This document shows positions 29,636 to 40,864 of a stretch of DNA of 63,018 bases, one piece after another. The position numbers were made by a program, and so were the translations under genes. The notes below the pieces were generated by a model. That model was not told the origin of the DNA and did no database searches. It was given only the letters and a program-made list of their open reading frames with translations. Origin of the DNA: Syntrophobacterales bacterium (GTDB taxonomy: Bacteria; Desulfobacterota; Syntrophia; Syntrophales; UBA2210); the NCBI GenBank assembly GCA_018433345.1, contig JAHDRK010000015.1, positions 1-63,018 of the forward strand. The letters are read 5' to 3'. How positions within the stretch are numbered: position 1 is the first letter of the stretch; every line of letters starts with the position of its first letter.

Positions 29636-31669
29636 GTGACTGCCGCAAAACTGTCAAAAGTACGTAATATAGGTATTATCGCCCATATCGACGCAGGGAA
29701 AACCACCGTTACCGAGCGAATCCTTTTTTATACGGGCAAAACCCACAAGATAGGAGAAGTACACGACGGCGAAGCGGTCATGGACTGGATGCCCCAAGAG
29801 CAGGAAAGGGGTATCACTATTACGTCCACTGTAACCACCTGCCCCTGGAAAAACCACGAATTGCACTTGATAGACACGCCGGGTCACGTGGACTTTACCA
29901 TCGAGGTAGAGCGTTCTCTCAGGGTTCTTGACGGTGCCGTCGTGGTCTTTTGTGCCGTGGGGGGCGTAGAGCCCCAATCCGAAACGGTATGGCACCAGGC
30001 GGACAGGTATGGTGTCCCCAAGATTGCATTCATCAACAAGATGGATCGCGCCGGCGCCGACTATTTCGGAACCATCGAAACAATGAAGAAGAGGTTCCCT
30101 TCTATCCCTGTTCCCATACAGATCCCCCTGTATGAAGACGACGTATTTCGAGGAATTATTGATCTCATACGTCAAAAGTGCATCATATGGGACGATGAGG
30201 CCTTCGGTACCACTTTCAGATATCTCGACATAAGACCGGAACAGAGGGAAGAAAGCGACAAGTACCGCGAGGAAATGATCGAAAGGCTCGCCGAAGTAAA
30301 CGACGACCTGGCGGAAAAATATCTTGAAGGAAACGACATCTCCGAAACAGAAATAATGAAGGCGCTTAGGGAAGCCACGCTCAGCCTGAAGGTTGTTCCT
30401 GTCCTCTGTGGATCGGCACTGAGAAACAAAGGCGTCCAGTCCCTTCTCGACGCCATCGTTGATTTTCTTCCCTCTCCGGAAGAAGCACCGGCGGTTTCAG
30501 GCATAAATCCCCTTGGTGGAAAAGTGGAAAAGCGTGAAAACAGCCCGAGGGCGCCGTTATCGGCCCTGGCCTTCAAGGTAATGAGCGACGAAGGAAGGCG
30601 TATCACTTACATAAGGCTGTACTCCGGCAGACTTTCGGCGGGCGATGAGGTGTACAATGCCACGCGTGGCAAAAAGGAGCGGGTGGCGAGACTCATGAAA
30701 ATGCACGCCAACAAGCGGGAGCGGGTGGACAGCGCCGTTGCGGGTGACATCGTCGTCGCCGCGGGATTGAAGGAGACCTCTACGGGAGACACCCTTTGCG
30801 ATGAAAAACATCCCATACTGCTCGAAGCGATTGATTTTTACGAACCGGTTATTTCCAGGGCCATTGAACCCAAGACATCCGACGACCAGCCCAAACTCAC
30901 ACTGGCCCTTGAAAAGTTGAGCGCCGAAGATCCCACTCTCAGTGTCAAGTACGACGAGGAAACCGGCCAGACCGTTATTTCAGGCATGGGTGAGCTGCAC
31001 TTGGAAATAGTAGTTGACAGGCTGGTAAGGGAATTCAATACGAACGTCAATGTGGGCAAACCCCGCGTCATGTACCGTGAAACAATTGAAAAGGAAGTGG
31101 AGATCGAGGAGATATTCGACAAAAAGCTCGGCGACAAAAAACACTTCGGACATGTGGTCATTCGCCTAAAACCGGCTCCACGTGGCGGCGGCATCATCAT
31201 AGAAAACAAGCTGGACCCCGAGACAGTTCCTCCTCAATATCACGATATTATCGAAGAAAGCATCCGCAACGCCACCATGAGCGGTCCTTTATCGGGCTAT
31301 CCCGTGGTGGACGTGGTCATCTCCCTCGTAGGAGGTTCATACCGGGAAGGCGAGTCCTCCGAACTAGGGTACCAGGTCGCGGCATCAACGGCCTTTCAAA
31401 ATGGCTTAATGCAAGCCACGCCGCTCCTGCTGGAGCCCATAATGATGGTAAATATCCTGACTCCCACCGATTTCATGGGTGATGTTATAGGCAGTATCAA
31501 TTCGAAGGAAGGGGAAGTCGTCGATGTTTCCCAGAAAGGGCCTATAGCGGAGATACGCGCCAAGGTGCCTCTAAAACATCTCTTCGGCTATTCAACCGAT
31601 TTGAGATCCCTCACACAGGGAAGGGCTACCTTCTCCATGCAATTTCTACGTTATGACAAACAATCCTAG
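29636..31669 (+). CDS. fusA: Elongation factor G paralog (stand-alone, outside the str operon)
   Basis: G motifs [21 protein letters not shown] and SALRNKG. 677 aa, GTG start with GGAAAGG upstream. Confidence 0.93.
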   Translation: MTAAKLSKVRNIGIIAHIDAGKTTVTERILFYTGKTHKIGEVHDGEAVMDWMPQEQERGITITSTVTTCPWKNHELHLIDTPGHVDFTIEVERSLRVLDGAVVVFCAVGGVEPQSETVWHQADRYGVPKIAFINKMDRAGADYFGTIETMKKRFPSIPVPIQIPLYEDDVFRGIIDLIRQKCIIWDDEAFGTTFRYLDIRPEQREESDKYREEMIERLAEVNDDLAEKYLEGNDISETEIMKALREATLSLKVVPVLCGSALRNKGVQSLLDAIVDFLPSPEEAPAVSGINPLGGKVEKRENSPRAPLSALAFKVMSDEGRRITYIRLYSGRLSAGDEVYNATRGKKERVARLMKMHANKRERVDSAVAGDIVVAAGLKETSTGDTLCDEKHPILLEAIDFYEPVISRAIEPKTSDDQPKLTLALEKLSAEDPTLSVKYDEETGQTVISGMGELHLEIVVDRLVREFNTNVNVGKPRVMYRETIEKEVEIEEIFDKKLGDKKHFGHVVIRLKPAPRGGGIIIENKLDPETVPPQYHDIIEESIRNATMSGPLSGYPVVDVVISLVGGSYREGESSELGYQVAASTAFQNGLMQATPLLLEPIMMVNILTPTDFMGDVIGSINSKEGEVVDVSQKGPIAEIRAKVPLKHLFGYSTDLRSLTQGRATFSMQFLRYDKQS

Positions 31670-31941
31670 CCATCGTCGCAAGGCCGACCGACAGACACTC
31701 ATGTAATCTTTCATCCGCCCCTCTAAAATCATCGATGCCTGTCGATAAGACGCATGTATCAACACACAATATGCCATCCAATTCCTGATATAATATAAGG
31801 GTTTTATCCCGAACAAATCAGATACACTCCCATTGAATCCTTTATTATTCTTCGCTATTAAGTATCCAACAAAATGAAACAAGAACTGTGGTTCTCGAAC
31901 ATGTAGATTTTCTATTACCTTGCAACTAAAGGCTTACACCT

Positions 31942-32069
31942 GCCGGTGGGTGGTTTTCGGTTCCCTCCTTTCCTCCCACCGGCACCCCCCCCTGAATCTG
32001 AAGGGTGCGGTACCCCTCAGCTCATATATCAAAAAGGCGGTATCATCAATGTGATGATACCGCCTTTTT
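31942..32069 (+). ncRNA. Candidate structured small RNA or 3'UTR element (three hairpins ending in an intrinsic terminator)
   Basis: Hairpins at 31942-31983 (GCCGGTGGG/CCCACCGGC), 31998-32020 (CTGAAGGGT/ACCCCTCAG, one mismatch) and 32036-32064 (perfect 13 bp) followed by T5. There is no ORF. I recognise no family. Confidence 0.25.
32031..32069. terminator. Bidirectional Rho-independent terminator
   Basis: AAAAA-GGCGGTATCATCA-atg-TGATGATACCGCC-TTTTT: a perfect 13-bp stem with a 3-nt loop. Confidence 0.75.
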
Positions 32070-32124
32070 GTTGTTCTTGAGGCACTTCACCCTGTGTGGT
32101 TGCTGTTTGTCTCCACATCATGAC

Positions 32125-32160
32125 AAAAAGAGGGCGCCTCGATGGGCGCCCTCTTTTTTT
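32125..32160. terminator. Bidirectional Rho-independent terminator (hppA terminator on the minus strand)
   Basis: AGAGGGCGCC-tcgatg-GGCGCCCTCT flanked by an A-run and a T7 run. It lies about 20 nt from the hppA stop codon. Confidence 0.8.
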
Positions 32161-32177
32161 ATTTGTTTCCAAGGATT

Positions 32178-34229
32178 TTAATGAATGATCATGTACAACT
32201 GAACTATCACCGGAGCCATGACCAGAGAAACAACTGACATAAGCTTGATAAGAATGTTCATCGAGGGTCCGGCGGTATCTTTGAAGGGATCGCCGACGGT
32301 GTCGCCGATGACACCGGCCTTGTGAGCTTCGGATCCCTTGCCACCGAAGTTTCCGGCCTCTATATACTTCTTGGCGTTATCCCAGGCTCCGCCCGAGTTG
32401 GCCATGAGCAGACCCAGAATAACCCCGACCAGGGTGGCGCCGGCCAGGAACCCGCCCAGTGCATGGGGACCGATAAGTACACCTATGACGATCGGGGCGA
32501 GAACCGCGCCCACGCCTGGGGCGATCATGCGTTTGAGCGCCGCCGTGGTGGCGATGTCGACGCAGCGGTTCGTATCGGGAGGAGTCGTTCCTTCCATGAT
32601 GCCCGGGATCTCCCGGAATTGCCTCCTGATCTCGTTGATCATGTCGTAAGCGGCGTCACCCACGGCGTTTATGGTAAGGGCGGCCATGAGACAGGGGATG
32701 AGGCCACCCAGGAATAACCCGGTGATGACACGTGCTTCCGTGATATCCAGGGCGAAACCTTCGAAGTCAGGCATCATGGCAATTGTAGCCGTGTATGCGG
32801 CAAACATGGCCAAGGCCGTCAGTGCCGCGGAACCTATGGCGAAACCCTTTCCGATGGCCGCCGTGGTGTTGCCGACCGCGTCGAGCCCATCCGTGATCTC
32901 CCTGACTTCCGGAGGCAGGTGCGCCTGCTCGGAGATACCTCCCGCATTGTCCGCGATGGGGCCATAACTGTCGACGGACATTGTCATACCCACGGTACCC
33001 AGCATACCTACACCGGCGAGAGCGATACCGTAGAGGCCCGCCACCGTAAAAGCCAGCCATATAGCGATAGCGATGAAGAACACCGGTGCCGCCACACTTT
33101 CAAGACCTGTCGCGAAGCCGCTGATAATGTTCGTGGCCGGACCGGTCTGGGATGATTCCGCTATATGCCTGATGGGCTTTCGCGCTGTGTAGTACTCGGT
33201 GATTCCGCCGATTACCATACCGGCCACTATGCCCAAAAGCGCTGCGTAGAATGGACCATATTTACTTATCATACCCAGTTCGGCCAGGTATTCGGGATCC
33301 ATACCGCTCGTAGTCGCCCTTACAACGAAAAACGAAAGAATTATGAAGACAACCCCTGCGATATAGAGAGAATTGCTTAACGCCGATTGGGGGCTCATGT
33401 TCTTCAGGAAATTGAAAAGGCCGATACCTACAATAGACGCAAGAAGACCAGCGATAATGAAAAGCATCGGCAGCATCATCCATTGTAGTGACGCTGCGCC
33501 CATGGTAGCGCCGATAGCGATGGCCGCTATAACCGACCCGCAGTAAGATTCGTATAGATCGGCACCCATACCGGCGATGTCGCCCACGTTGTCGCCCACG
33601 TTGTCCGCTGTTACACCTGGGTTGCGAGGATCATCTTCGGGAATGCCCGCTTCTACTTTACCTACGAGATCGGATCCTACGTCCGCTGTTTTAGTGAAGA
33701 TACCACCGCCCACACGGGCAAAGAGCGCGATCGACGAGGCGCCCATGGCAAAACCCGTGATGACCGTGTAGTCTGTTTCGGCAAAAAAGAGGAACAACAC
33801 TCCAAGACCGAGAAGGCCGAGGGATGCCACCGAAAGACCCATGACGGATCCTCCGAAGAAGGCAACTGTCAGTGCCTTGGCCTGCCCAAAGGTTCTCGCC
33901 GCCTCGGCCGTGCGGGCGTTCGCCAGTGTGGCCGCCTGCATGCCGAAAAGGCCGGCCAAGAGAGAACCGATGGCCCCTACGAAGAATGCAACCGCCGTCC
34001 AAATTCCTGGAAACGCAAGGATAAGGATGACAAAGACGACGACGATAAAGATCGCGATGATCTTGTACTCCCGTTTCAGAAAAACCATGGCCCCGGCATG
34101 AATCCGTTCCATGATTTCCACCATAGTGTCGTTTCCGGGCGAAAACGACAGGACGTACTTATAAATGCCGAACGCCAGCGCCAAGCCAACAAGGGCCCAC
34201 AGCCATGCATAATCAACGATAAATTCCAT
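32178..34229 (-). CDS. hppA: Membrane-bound ion-translocating pyrophosphatase (K+-dependent type by signature)
   Basis: 683 aa and polytopic. Motifs DNVGDNVGD and [30 protein letters not shown] has Ala, not Lys, at the K+-dependence position. Confidence 0.95.
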   Translation of the reverse strand: MEFIVDYAWLWALVGLALAFGIYKYVLSFSPGNDTMVEIMERIHAGAMVFLKREYKIIAIFIVVVFVILILAFPGIWTAVAFFVGAIGSLLAGLFGMQAATLANARTAEAARTFGQAKALTVAFFGGSVMGLSVASLGLLGLGVLFLFFAETDYTVITGFAMGASSIALFARVGGGIFTKTADVGSDLVGKVEAGIPEDDPRNPGVTADNVGDNVGDIAGMGADLYESYCGSVIAAIAIGATMGAASLQWMMLPMLFIIAGLLASIVGIGLFNFLKNMSPQSALSNSLYIAGVVFIILSFFVVRATTSGMDPEYLAELGMISKYGPFYAALLGIVAGMVIGGITEYYTARKPIRHIAESSQTGPATNIISGFATGLESVAAPVFFIAIAIWLAFTVAGLYGIALAGVGMLGTVGMTMSVDSYGPIADNAGGISEQAHLPPEVREITDGLDAVGNTTAAIGKGFAIGSAALTALAMFAAYTATIAMMPDFEGFALDITEARVITGLFLGGLIPCLMAALTINAVGDAAYDMINEIRRQFREIPGIMEGTTPPDTNRCVDIATTAALKRMIAPGVGAVLAPIVIGVLIGPHALGGFLAGATLVGVILGLLMANSGGAWDNAKKYIEAGNFGGKGSEAHKAGVIGDTVGDPFKDTAGPSMNILIKLMSVVSLVMAPVIVQLYMIIH

Positions 34230-34238
34230 AATCTTCGC

Positions 34239-34829
34239 TCATACCTCCTTGCCTGAATTTTTGAATCTTCTGATGTTGAACTCGCTCATCGCCCTGGCCG
34301 CGCCGGAGGAAATGATCGTCCGGATCGCTTCCATGCTTCTTTCCGCGATTTTGGAAATCTCACGCATTTCCATTTCCGTCAACCTTCCAAGTACATAAGA
34401 CTCGACCATCTTCTTCCGTGCCGGCCTGCCGATACCGACCCGAACCCTTATGAAATCCGGATCTCCAAGTTGTTCTATAATGGACATCAGCCCCTTGTGC
34501 CCTCCGTCACCGCCTCCTTCCTTGACCCTTATGTCGCCGAATGGAATATCCAGGTCGTCATGAATAACGATGAGATCGGACATTGCCACATCGTAATAAC
34601 GTACCAGCCTTGCCACGGCAAGGCCACTTAGATTCATGAACGTCTCAGGGCAAACCAGAAGGACGTTCTCGCCCGCTATTCTACCCGTCCCGTATCGTGC
34701 TCCGTGCCCTTTCTTTACCAGCGGTGCCGATATCGCATTGGAAAGTACATCCAGAACAATGGCTCCCAGGTTGTGACGCGTCAGGGCATATTCCGGTCCC
34801 GGATTCCCCAGTCCCACAACCAGTTTCAC
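34239..34829 (-). CDS. pth: Peptidyl-tRNA hydrolase
   Basis: KLVVGLGNPGPEY; 196 aa; GTG start. Confidence 0.93.
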   Translation of the reverse strand: MKLVVGLGNPGPEYALTRHNLGAIVLDVLSNAISAPLVKKGHGARYGTGRIAGENVLLVCPETFMNLSGLAVARLVRYYDVAMSDLIVIHDDLDIPFGDIRVKEGGGDGGHKGLMSIIEQLGDPDFIRVRVGIGRPARKKMVESYVLGRLTEMEMREISKIAERSMEAIRTIISSGAARAMSEFNIRRFKNSGKEV

Positions 34830-34867
34830 CGTTCCACCTCATAAAGAGAAGAGCCTTCAATGAACAT

Positions 34868-35533
34868 TTACTCTTCCCGTTCTTCCCCTTGCTCTCCGCC
34901 GGCTTCCTCTTCCGCCTCGCCTTCTCCTTCCGCGACTTCTTCCCCTATCATTTCTTCCTTGGTCATTCTCATGGCGGCCACCGCAACGAGCGCCACGTCC
35001 TCACCATCGAGGACTCTCACATTTTCTTCAATGGAAAGGTCTCCCACCATCAAGGTATCCCCGATATCGAGCCCTGATATATCGAGTTCCACGAATTCGG
35101 GAAGAGAGCCCGGGAGTCCCGACACCCTGACCTCCCTCTTCAAAAGCTGAACCTCTCCACCTTCTTCCACACCTTTAGGCGTACCGGTGAAATGGATTTG
35201 GAGGTCCACCGTCAGCTCCCTGTCCATCTTGATCTCGTAGAAGTCCGCGTGAACGAGACTACGTTTCAAGGTATCCACCTGGACTTGCTTTATTACTGAA
35301 AGTTTTTCCGAAACCCCGCCTGATCCACCTTCTATCTTGAGTCTCACGAAGGTACCTTCGGGTCTCTCGCCTGCCAACTGTTTCAAAAATTCGTCCCTCT
35401 TGACTGACAGAGAAACCGGCTCAACACCCGGTCCGTAAAAAACAGCCGGCATATACCCTTGCCTTCTCAGTCTGCGGGACGCAGAGGTTCCTAGCGTCGT
35501 TCGTGGATATGCCTCTACTTCTATGGTCTTCAT
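34868..35533 (-). CDS. rplY: 50S ribosomal protein L25 / general stress protein Ctc
   Basis: 221 aa. The N-terminus (R..GTSASRRLRRQGYMPAVFYG) is typical of L25/Ctc. It has an acidic C-terminal tail. Confidence 0.9.
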   Translation of the reverse strand: MKTIEVEAYPRTTLGTSASRRLRRQGYMPAVFYGPGVEPVSLSVKRDEFLKQLAGERPEGTFVRLKIEGGSGGVSEKLSVIKQVQVDTLKRSLVHADFYEIKMDRELTVDLQIHFTGTPKGVEEGGEVQLLKREVRVSGLPGSLPEFVELDISGLDIGDTLMVGDLSIEENVRVLDGEDVALVAVAAMRMTKEEMIGEEVAEGEGEAEEEAGGEQGEEREE

Positions 35534-35542
35534 TTTAATCTC

Positions 35543-36490
35543 CTAAGTAAACAAAGAACTTACGGACTCGTTATAGTAAATCCGTTTTATGGCCTCGCTT
35601 AACAGTCCGGATATGGTAAGCACTTTTATACGGCCGCAGCCCCGTGCCTTCTCGTGCAACGGTATGCTGTCCGTCACAATGATCTCTCCTATTTGGGATT
35701 TCTCTATTCGCTCAATCGCGGGACCGGAAAGAACCGGATGAGTGCAACAGGCGATAACTTCAGAGGCCCCTTCATTGAGGAGCGCATCAGCCGCCTGAAC
35801 CACCGTTCCGGCCGTGTCTATCATGTCATCTACTATGATGGCACGTTTCCCCTTGACGTCCCCGATTATGTTCATGACTTCCGATTCGTTGGGACTGTCC
35901 CTCCTCTTGTCCACGATTGCAAGGGTCGCATCGCTGAATCTGCGGGCAAGGGCCCGTGCCCTGACCACACCGCCCGTATCCGGTGATACAACAACATTTT
36001 TGCCGTTTCCATAAGAGGTATTCAGATAATCGAGCAATATATTCATGGCATAGAGGTTGTCCACCGGTATGTTGAAGAAACCTTGGATCTGTCCCGCGTG
36101 GAGATCCACGGATAACAACCTGCTGGTTCCCGCGGTTGTGAGAAGATCCGCCACAAGCTTGGCGGTGATGGGTGCCCGCGGCGCCGCTTTACGATCCTGT
36201 CTCGAATATCCGTAATAGGGGTTTACCACCGTGATACGATCGGCGGAGGCCCGCTTCAGGGCGTCTATCATGACCAAAAGTTCCATGAGATATATGTTGA
36301 CCGGATTGCATGTGGACTGTACGACGAACACGTCCATTCCTCTCACGTTTTCGTCGATTTCAACCCGAGTTTCTCCGTCACTGAATGTAGTAACGTTGGC
36401 CTTGCCCACGCCGATACCGAGCCTTTCGCATATCAGCCTGGTAAGCTCGATGTTCGAGTTTCCGGGAAAAACTCTCATTCGTTCCAGCAT
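35543..36490 (-). CDS. prs: Ribose-phosphate pyrophosphokinase
   Basis: DLHAGQIQGFF, VVSPDTGGVVRAR and IIVDDMIDTAGT (PRPP-binding motif). Confidence 0.96.
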   Translation of the reverse strand: MLERMRVFPGNSNIELTRLICERLGIGVGKANVTTFSDGETRVEIDENVRGMDVFVVQSTCNPVNIYLMELLVMIDALKRASADRITVVNPYYGYSRQDRKAAPRAPITAKLVADLLTTAGTSRLLSVDLHAGQIQGFFNIPVDNLYAMNILLDYLNTSYGNGKNVVVSPDTGGVVRARALARRFSDATLAIVDKRRDSPNESEVMNIIGDVKGKRAIIVDDMIDTAGTVVQAADALLNEGASEVIACCTHPVLSGPAIERIEKSQIGEIIVTDSIPLHEKARGCGRIKVLTISGLLSEAIKRIYYNESVSSLFT

Positions 36491-36522
36491 GGCACCTTCT
36501 CTCCGTTTATTGGCCTATATAT

Positions 36523-36597
36523 TGGCTGGGGCGGGAGGATTCGAACCTCCGAATGCAGGAACCAAAATCCTGTGTCTTACCGCTTGACGACGCCCCA
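36523..36597 (-). tRNA. tRNA-Gln (anticodon UUG), CCA encoded
   Basis: The reverse complement reads UGGGGCG UC GUCAAGCGGUAAGAC.. CAGGA-UU UUG GU-UCCUG ..GGAGGUUCGAAUCCUCC CGCCCCA GCCA. This gives a cloverleaf close to E. coli tRNA-Gln. Confidence 0.93.
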
Positions 36598-36722
36598 CCG
36601 TAGTTGTTTCATGTATTGCTGCTCGGATGCGGACTCGACACCTTTCTCAATATATCAAGATGCGCCGGGAATCCGCCGATTTACGGGAAAAACGGCGGCC
36701 GCCGGCTACCGGATCGAAAAAT

Positions 36723-37574
36723 CTAGATAGAGCAGGCATAGGCCACGAAGGGTACGCATCGTTCGCGACTCAACAGGTCGGCCGCCCTTCTTGCCTCTTC
36801 GCGGCCCTCGAATATTCCAAAAACAGTAGGTCCGCTTCCGGACATCAGGGTTCCCAAAGATCCCACCTGCATCAACCGCTTCTTTAATTCCGCAATGGGC
36901 CGGCATAATCGCTCCGACACCGCCTCTAGATCGTTTTCAAGCTTATCTACAACCTGGCTCAGTGTCTCAAGTCGCGGGATAGTATATTGTACGGGGCGAT
37001 TTGTCAATCCAATTCTGAGTCCGCCATACACATCCGCCGTCGAAAGGGCAACTCCCGGATTACAGATTACAAACCAAAGCTTTGGAATCCCCTGGACATT
37101 TTCAAGACGCTCGCCGCGACCAAAGGCCCAGGCGGAACCTCCATAAATAAAAAAGGGGACATCCGAACCAATGAATGCCCCCATCTCCACAAGGTCTTCC
37201 CTGCCCAGTTCATTTCCCGTCAATTCGTTAAGCGTGACCAGGGCGGTTGCTGCGTTTGAGCTGCCTCCTCCCAGGCCCGCGGCCACAGGAATTTTTTTCT
37301 TGATTCCGATTGTTACTCCTTCGGGTTTTCCCGTTTTTTCCATGAAAAGCTTAACCGCACGCCAGACTATGTTGCCTTCGTTCTCGGGAATATTTCCGCC
37401 CGGGCATGAAAGTCTTATCCCTTTCCCTTCCACGGCGAAAAACATCTCGTCGCAAAGGCTTATCCTCTGTATGAGGCTCGCTATTTCATGAAAGCCGTCC
37501 GGCCGTTTCCCCAATACCTTCAATACGAGATTGACCTTGGCCGGCGATTTTCTTTTTATGAATTTATCATTCAC
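36723..37574 (-). CDS. ispE: 4-diphosphocytidyl-2-C-methyl-D-erythritol kinase
   Basis: GHMP kinase motif KKIPVAAGLGGGSSNAA with an N-terminal PAKVNL. Confidence 0.93.
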   Translation of the reverse strand: MNDKFIKRKSPAKVNLVLKVLGKRPDGFHEIASLIQRISLCDEMFFAVEGKGIRLSCPGGNIPENEGNIVWRAVKLFMEKTGKPEGVTIGIKKKIPVAAGLGGGSSNAATALVTLNELTGNELGREDLVEMGAFIGSDVPFFIYGGSAWAFGRGERLENVQGIPKLWFVICNPGVALSTADVYGGLRIGLTNRPVQYTIPRLETLSQVVDKLENDLEAVSERLCRPIAELKKRLMQVGSLGTLMSGSGPTVFGIFEGREEARRAADLLSRERCVPFVAYACSI

Positions 37575-37577
37575 GAT

Positions 37578-38051
37578 TTACGATTCTTTTACGAAACGCA
37601 TCCTTAGTTCGTAAAGGAGCGCTTCAAGGGTATTTTCTTCTTCTTTCGTAAGATTTCCCCTGGTCTTTTCCTCTAGCATGCCCATTATGTCAATCATCTG
37701 CTTGGCTGCATTCAAGTTCTTTTCCCTTTTGCCGGTTATGGGATCCGGCATGTCTCCAAAATGAAGCATGGCCGAGGTATAAAGCGAAAATATGAAACCT
37801 TCGAAATCAATCTTGACCGGCCGTTGTTCCCGCCGATCCTCGGATTTCAAGTCCGCACCGGCTTCCCCCTTTTTTGTCCCTTCCTCACCTTCCGCCGTTC
37901 TTTCTTCCCCCGGCTGCCCATCTTTTCGTGACTTGTATTCCCCGAACCTCTCTTTCTCTTTTTCCCCTTTTGCTTCCTCCTTCTCGCCCTCTCTTTCCAA
38001 ACGCCTGCGATCCTTTATGACAAATCCCTTTCCTTCAATCTCATCCGCCAT
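37578..38051 (-). CDS. DUF1844-domain protein
   Basis: Glu/Lys-rich N-terminus followed by FEGFIFSLYTSAMLHFGDMPDPITGK..NLNAAKQMIDIMGMLEEKTRGNL, typical of DUF1844. It ends 3 nt before ispE. Confidence 0.8.
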   Translation of the reverse strand: MADEIEGKGFVIKDRRRLEREGEKEEAKGEKEKERFGEYKSRKDGQPGEERTAEGEEGTKKGEAGADLKSEDRREQRPVKIDFEGFIFSLYTSAMLHFGDMPDPITGKREKNLNAAKQMIDIMGMLEEKTRGNLTKEEENTLEALLYELRMRFVKES

Positions 38052-38221
38052 GGCATCGCCTCCATGTGATACATAGTTTGCTCACAGAGCCTACGCTAAA
38101 CCGAATCCAGCCCAGGCAGAACCATGATCCTCCTCCTTTTATATAAACAACTTACAAATCATATCCTCCACGCCGAAACAAGTTCCCCGACGAGAAACGA
38201 CCCGCCGGGGTTTCTCCTCTA

Positions 38222-40816
38222 TTATTCAGACTGATCTTTTTTGAAGATCACCCTGTTGTTTTCATCTACGTCCACCACGATCCTGTCTCCCTCCGAGAAT
38301 TCACCTTCTAAGATTTTCGTGGCAAGCGGATCCTCTATCAATTTCTGAAGCGCTCTCTTCAGGGGTCTGGCACCATAGGCGGGATCAAACCCAGCTTCCG
38401 CGATGTATCGCTTCGCCCGATCCGTCATGACAAGATCCATCTGCCGATTTTCAAGACGACGCCTCAGCCGTTCCGCCTGGATTTCGATGATCTTTCCCAT
38501 ATCGTCCATGGTGAGCGCCCTGAATATTATGATATCATCCACCCTGTTGAGAAATTCGGGCTTGAAGGTAGCCCTCAGGGCATCCATGGTCAACTGTTCC
38601 TGCCGCTCCCTGTCAAGCGACGTATCCTGCAACCATTGCCCTCCGATATTCGACGTCATTATCAATATGGTGTTCTTGAAATCCACAGTCCGTCCATGTC
38701 CATCGGTCAGTCTGCCGTCGTCTAAAATCTGCAAGAGGATGTTGAACACATCGGGATGGGCCTTCTCTATTTCGTCAAAAAGCAGTACGGAGTATGGCCT
38801 CCTTCGAACAGCCTCGGTAAGGTATCCGCCCTCTTCGTATCCCACGTAGCCGGGAGGCGCACCGATGAGCCTGGCGACGGAATGCTTTTCCATGTACTCG
38901 GACATGTCGATACGGATCATGGCCTGTTCGTCGTCGAACATGAACTCGGCCAACGCCTTTGAAAGCTCCGTTTTGCCCACACCTGTCGGACCCAAAAAGA
39001 TGAACGAACCTATGGGTCGGTTCGGATCCTGCAGCCCAGATCGAGCACGCCTCAGGGCATTGGACACCGCCTTTATGGCCTCGTCCTGTCCCACCACACG
39101 CTGTTTCAAGCGATCCTCCATCCGCAACAACTTCTGAACATCGCTTTCCATCATCCGTGCGACGGGGATACCCGTCCACTTTGCCACCACTTCCGCGATG
39201 TCTTCGGCATCCACCTCTTCCTTCAATGTTCTGCCGCCGGACTGAATCTCCTCCAGTTCTTTGAGCTTCTGCTCGAGTTCCTTGTTGAGCTGAATCAATG
39301 TTCCGTAGCGAATTTCCGCGGCCCGCGCCAGGTCGCCTTTGCGCTGGGCCTCCTGTTCCTGAGTCTTGAGTTCTTCGATCTTCTCCTTTATGCTCTGGAT
39401 GCTTTTGATCGTCTCTTTCTCCCGGGTCCATGCCGCCTTCAGCTCGTCCCGAGATTTCTTCAGCTCTTCCAGTTCCTTGTCTATCTTTGCGAGCCGTTCG
39501 GCGGATGTCTTGTCCGTTTCTTTTTTGAGGGATTCGCGCTCTATTTCAAGCTGCATGATTTTCCTCTCCAGATCGTCGATCTCCGCAGGAAGACTGTCAA
39601 GCTCGATACGAAGCCGCGAGGCCGCTTCGTCGATCAAGTCAACCGCCTTGTCGGGAAGAAACCGGTCGGTGATGTACCTATGGGATAGCGTGGCGGCCGC
39701 TATGATGGCCGAATCCTTGATACGTACACCGTGATGCACCTCGTAGCGTTCCTTGAGACCCCGCAAGATGGCAATGGTATCTTCCACGCTCGGTTCCTGA
39801 ACGAGTATCGGCTGAAACCGCCGCTCCAAGGCGGCATCCTTTTCTATGTATTTTCTGTATTCGTTAAGCGTAGTCGCACCGATGCATCGTAGCTCTCCCC
39901 GCGCCAACGCCGGTTTCAACATGTTCGATGCGTCTACCGCACCTTCAGCCGCACCTGCACCGACAACGGTATGAAGTTCATCTATAAAAAGAATAATCTC
40001 TCCGTTGGAGTCGGTCACCTCCTTGAGCACCGCCTTCAAACGATCCTCGAACTCGCCTCGGTACTTGGCTCCCGCAATAAGCGCCCCCATGTCCAACCCC
40101 ACGATACGTTTATTTTTAAGACCCTCTGGAACGTCGCCGTTAACGATACGCTGAGCCAGGCCCTCCACTATCGCCGTCTTGCCCACACCGGGTTCCCCGA
40201 TAAGGACGGGATTGTTCTTCGTTCTCCTGGAGAGAACCTGGATGACCCGGCGAATTTCGTCATCACGACCTATGACGGGATCGAACTTACCCTTTCTCGC
40301 CAATTCATTGAAATCCTTTGCGTACCTTTTCAAGGCTTGGTATTTGTCTTCCGGGTTCTGGTCGGTTACACGCTGGCCTCCTCGAATATCCACGAGGATC
40401 TTCATAAGACCGTCTTTTGTGACTCCATGGCTTTTCAGTATCTTCGCCGCTTCCCCCTTATCGGAATCCACAATGGCGATAAGCACATGTTCTACGCTCA
40501 CGTATTCATCCTGCAGGCGTGCCGCCTCGTCAAAGGCCTTGTCCATCACCGTATTGAGCCTGGGCGTAATGTACCGCTGCCCCGCGGCTCCAGACACGGA
40601 AGGCATCTTTTCCAGCGCCTGTCTAAGATCGCTGTCCAGTCGATTTAGATCTGCACCTATTTTTTTAAGTATGTCAGGAACGATCCCATCGGCTTGATTC
40701 ACAAGCGCCGAAAGAACATGTTCCACGTCGATCCCCTGGTGACCTTCCGAGGCCGCCAGGTTGTCCGCCTGTTGAAAGGCTTCCTGAAGTTTAAGAGTAA
40801 ATCTGTCAAATCTCAT
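38222..40816 (-). CDS. clpB: ATP-dependent chaperone/disaggregase ClpB
   Basis: 864 aa with two AAA+ modules ([16 protein letters not shown]) and a long middle coiled coil. Confidence 0.97.
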   Translation of the reverse strand: MRFDRFTLKLQEAFQQADNLAASEGHQGIDVEHVLSALVNQADGIVPDILKKIGADLNRLDSDLRQALEKMPSVSGAAGQRYITPRLNTVMDKAFDEAARLQDEYVSVEHVLIAIVDSDKGEAAKILKSHGVTKDGLMKILVDIRGGQRVTDQNPEDKYQALKRYAKDFNELARKGKFDPVIGRDDEIRRVIQVLSRRTKNNPVLIGEPGVGKTAIVEGLAQRIVNGDVPEGLKNKRIVGLDMGALIAGAKYRGEFEDRLKAVLKEVTDSNGEIILFIDELHTVVGAGAAEGAVDASNMLKPALARGELRCIGATTLNEYRKYIEKDAALERRFQPILVQEPSVEDTIAILRGLKERYEVHHGVRIKDSAIIAAATLSHRYITDRFLPDKAVDLIDEAASRLRIELDSLPAEIDDLERKIMQLEIERESLKKETDKTSAERLAKIDKELEELKKSRDELKAAWTREKETIKSIQSIKEKIEELKTQEQEAQRKGDLARAAEIRYGTLIQLNKELEQKLKELEEIQSGGRTLKEEVDAEDIAEVVAKWTGIPVARMMESDVQKLLRMEDRLKQRVVGQDEAIKAVSNALRRARSGLQDPNRPIGSFIFLGPTGVGKTELSKALAEFMFDDEQAMIRIDMSEYMEKHSVARLIGAPPGYVGYEEGGYLTEAVRRRPYSVLLFDEIEKAHPDVFNILLQILDDGRLTDGHGRTVDFKNTILIMTSNIGGQWLQDTSLDRERQEQLTMDALRATFKPEFLNRVDDIIIFRALTMDDMGKIIEIQAERLRRRLENRQMDLVMTDRAKRYIAEAGFDPAYGARPLKRALQKLIEDPLATKILEGEFSEGDRIVVDVDENNRVIFKKDQSE

Positions 40817-40864
40817 TTGTTGTTGCTCCTAATAAAAAGTTATTATGTAGAGTGTCTCTATGAC

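Noticed and set aside
31646-31882. 78-aa minus-strand ORF inside the fusA-hppA spacer.
   Set aside because: It overlaps the fusA 3' end, has no SD, has odd composition, and lies in an AT-rich stretch where random ORFs are easy to find. The region is treated as non-coding or a candidate RNA instead.
38193-38215. Hairpin GAGAAACGACCCGCCGGGGTTTCTC just downstream of the clpB stop, considered as a terminator.
   Set aside because: On the clpB strand the stem is not followed by a U-run, so I did not list it as a terminator. It may still act as a 3' stabiliser.
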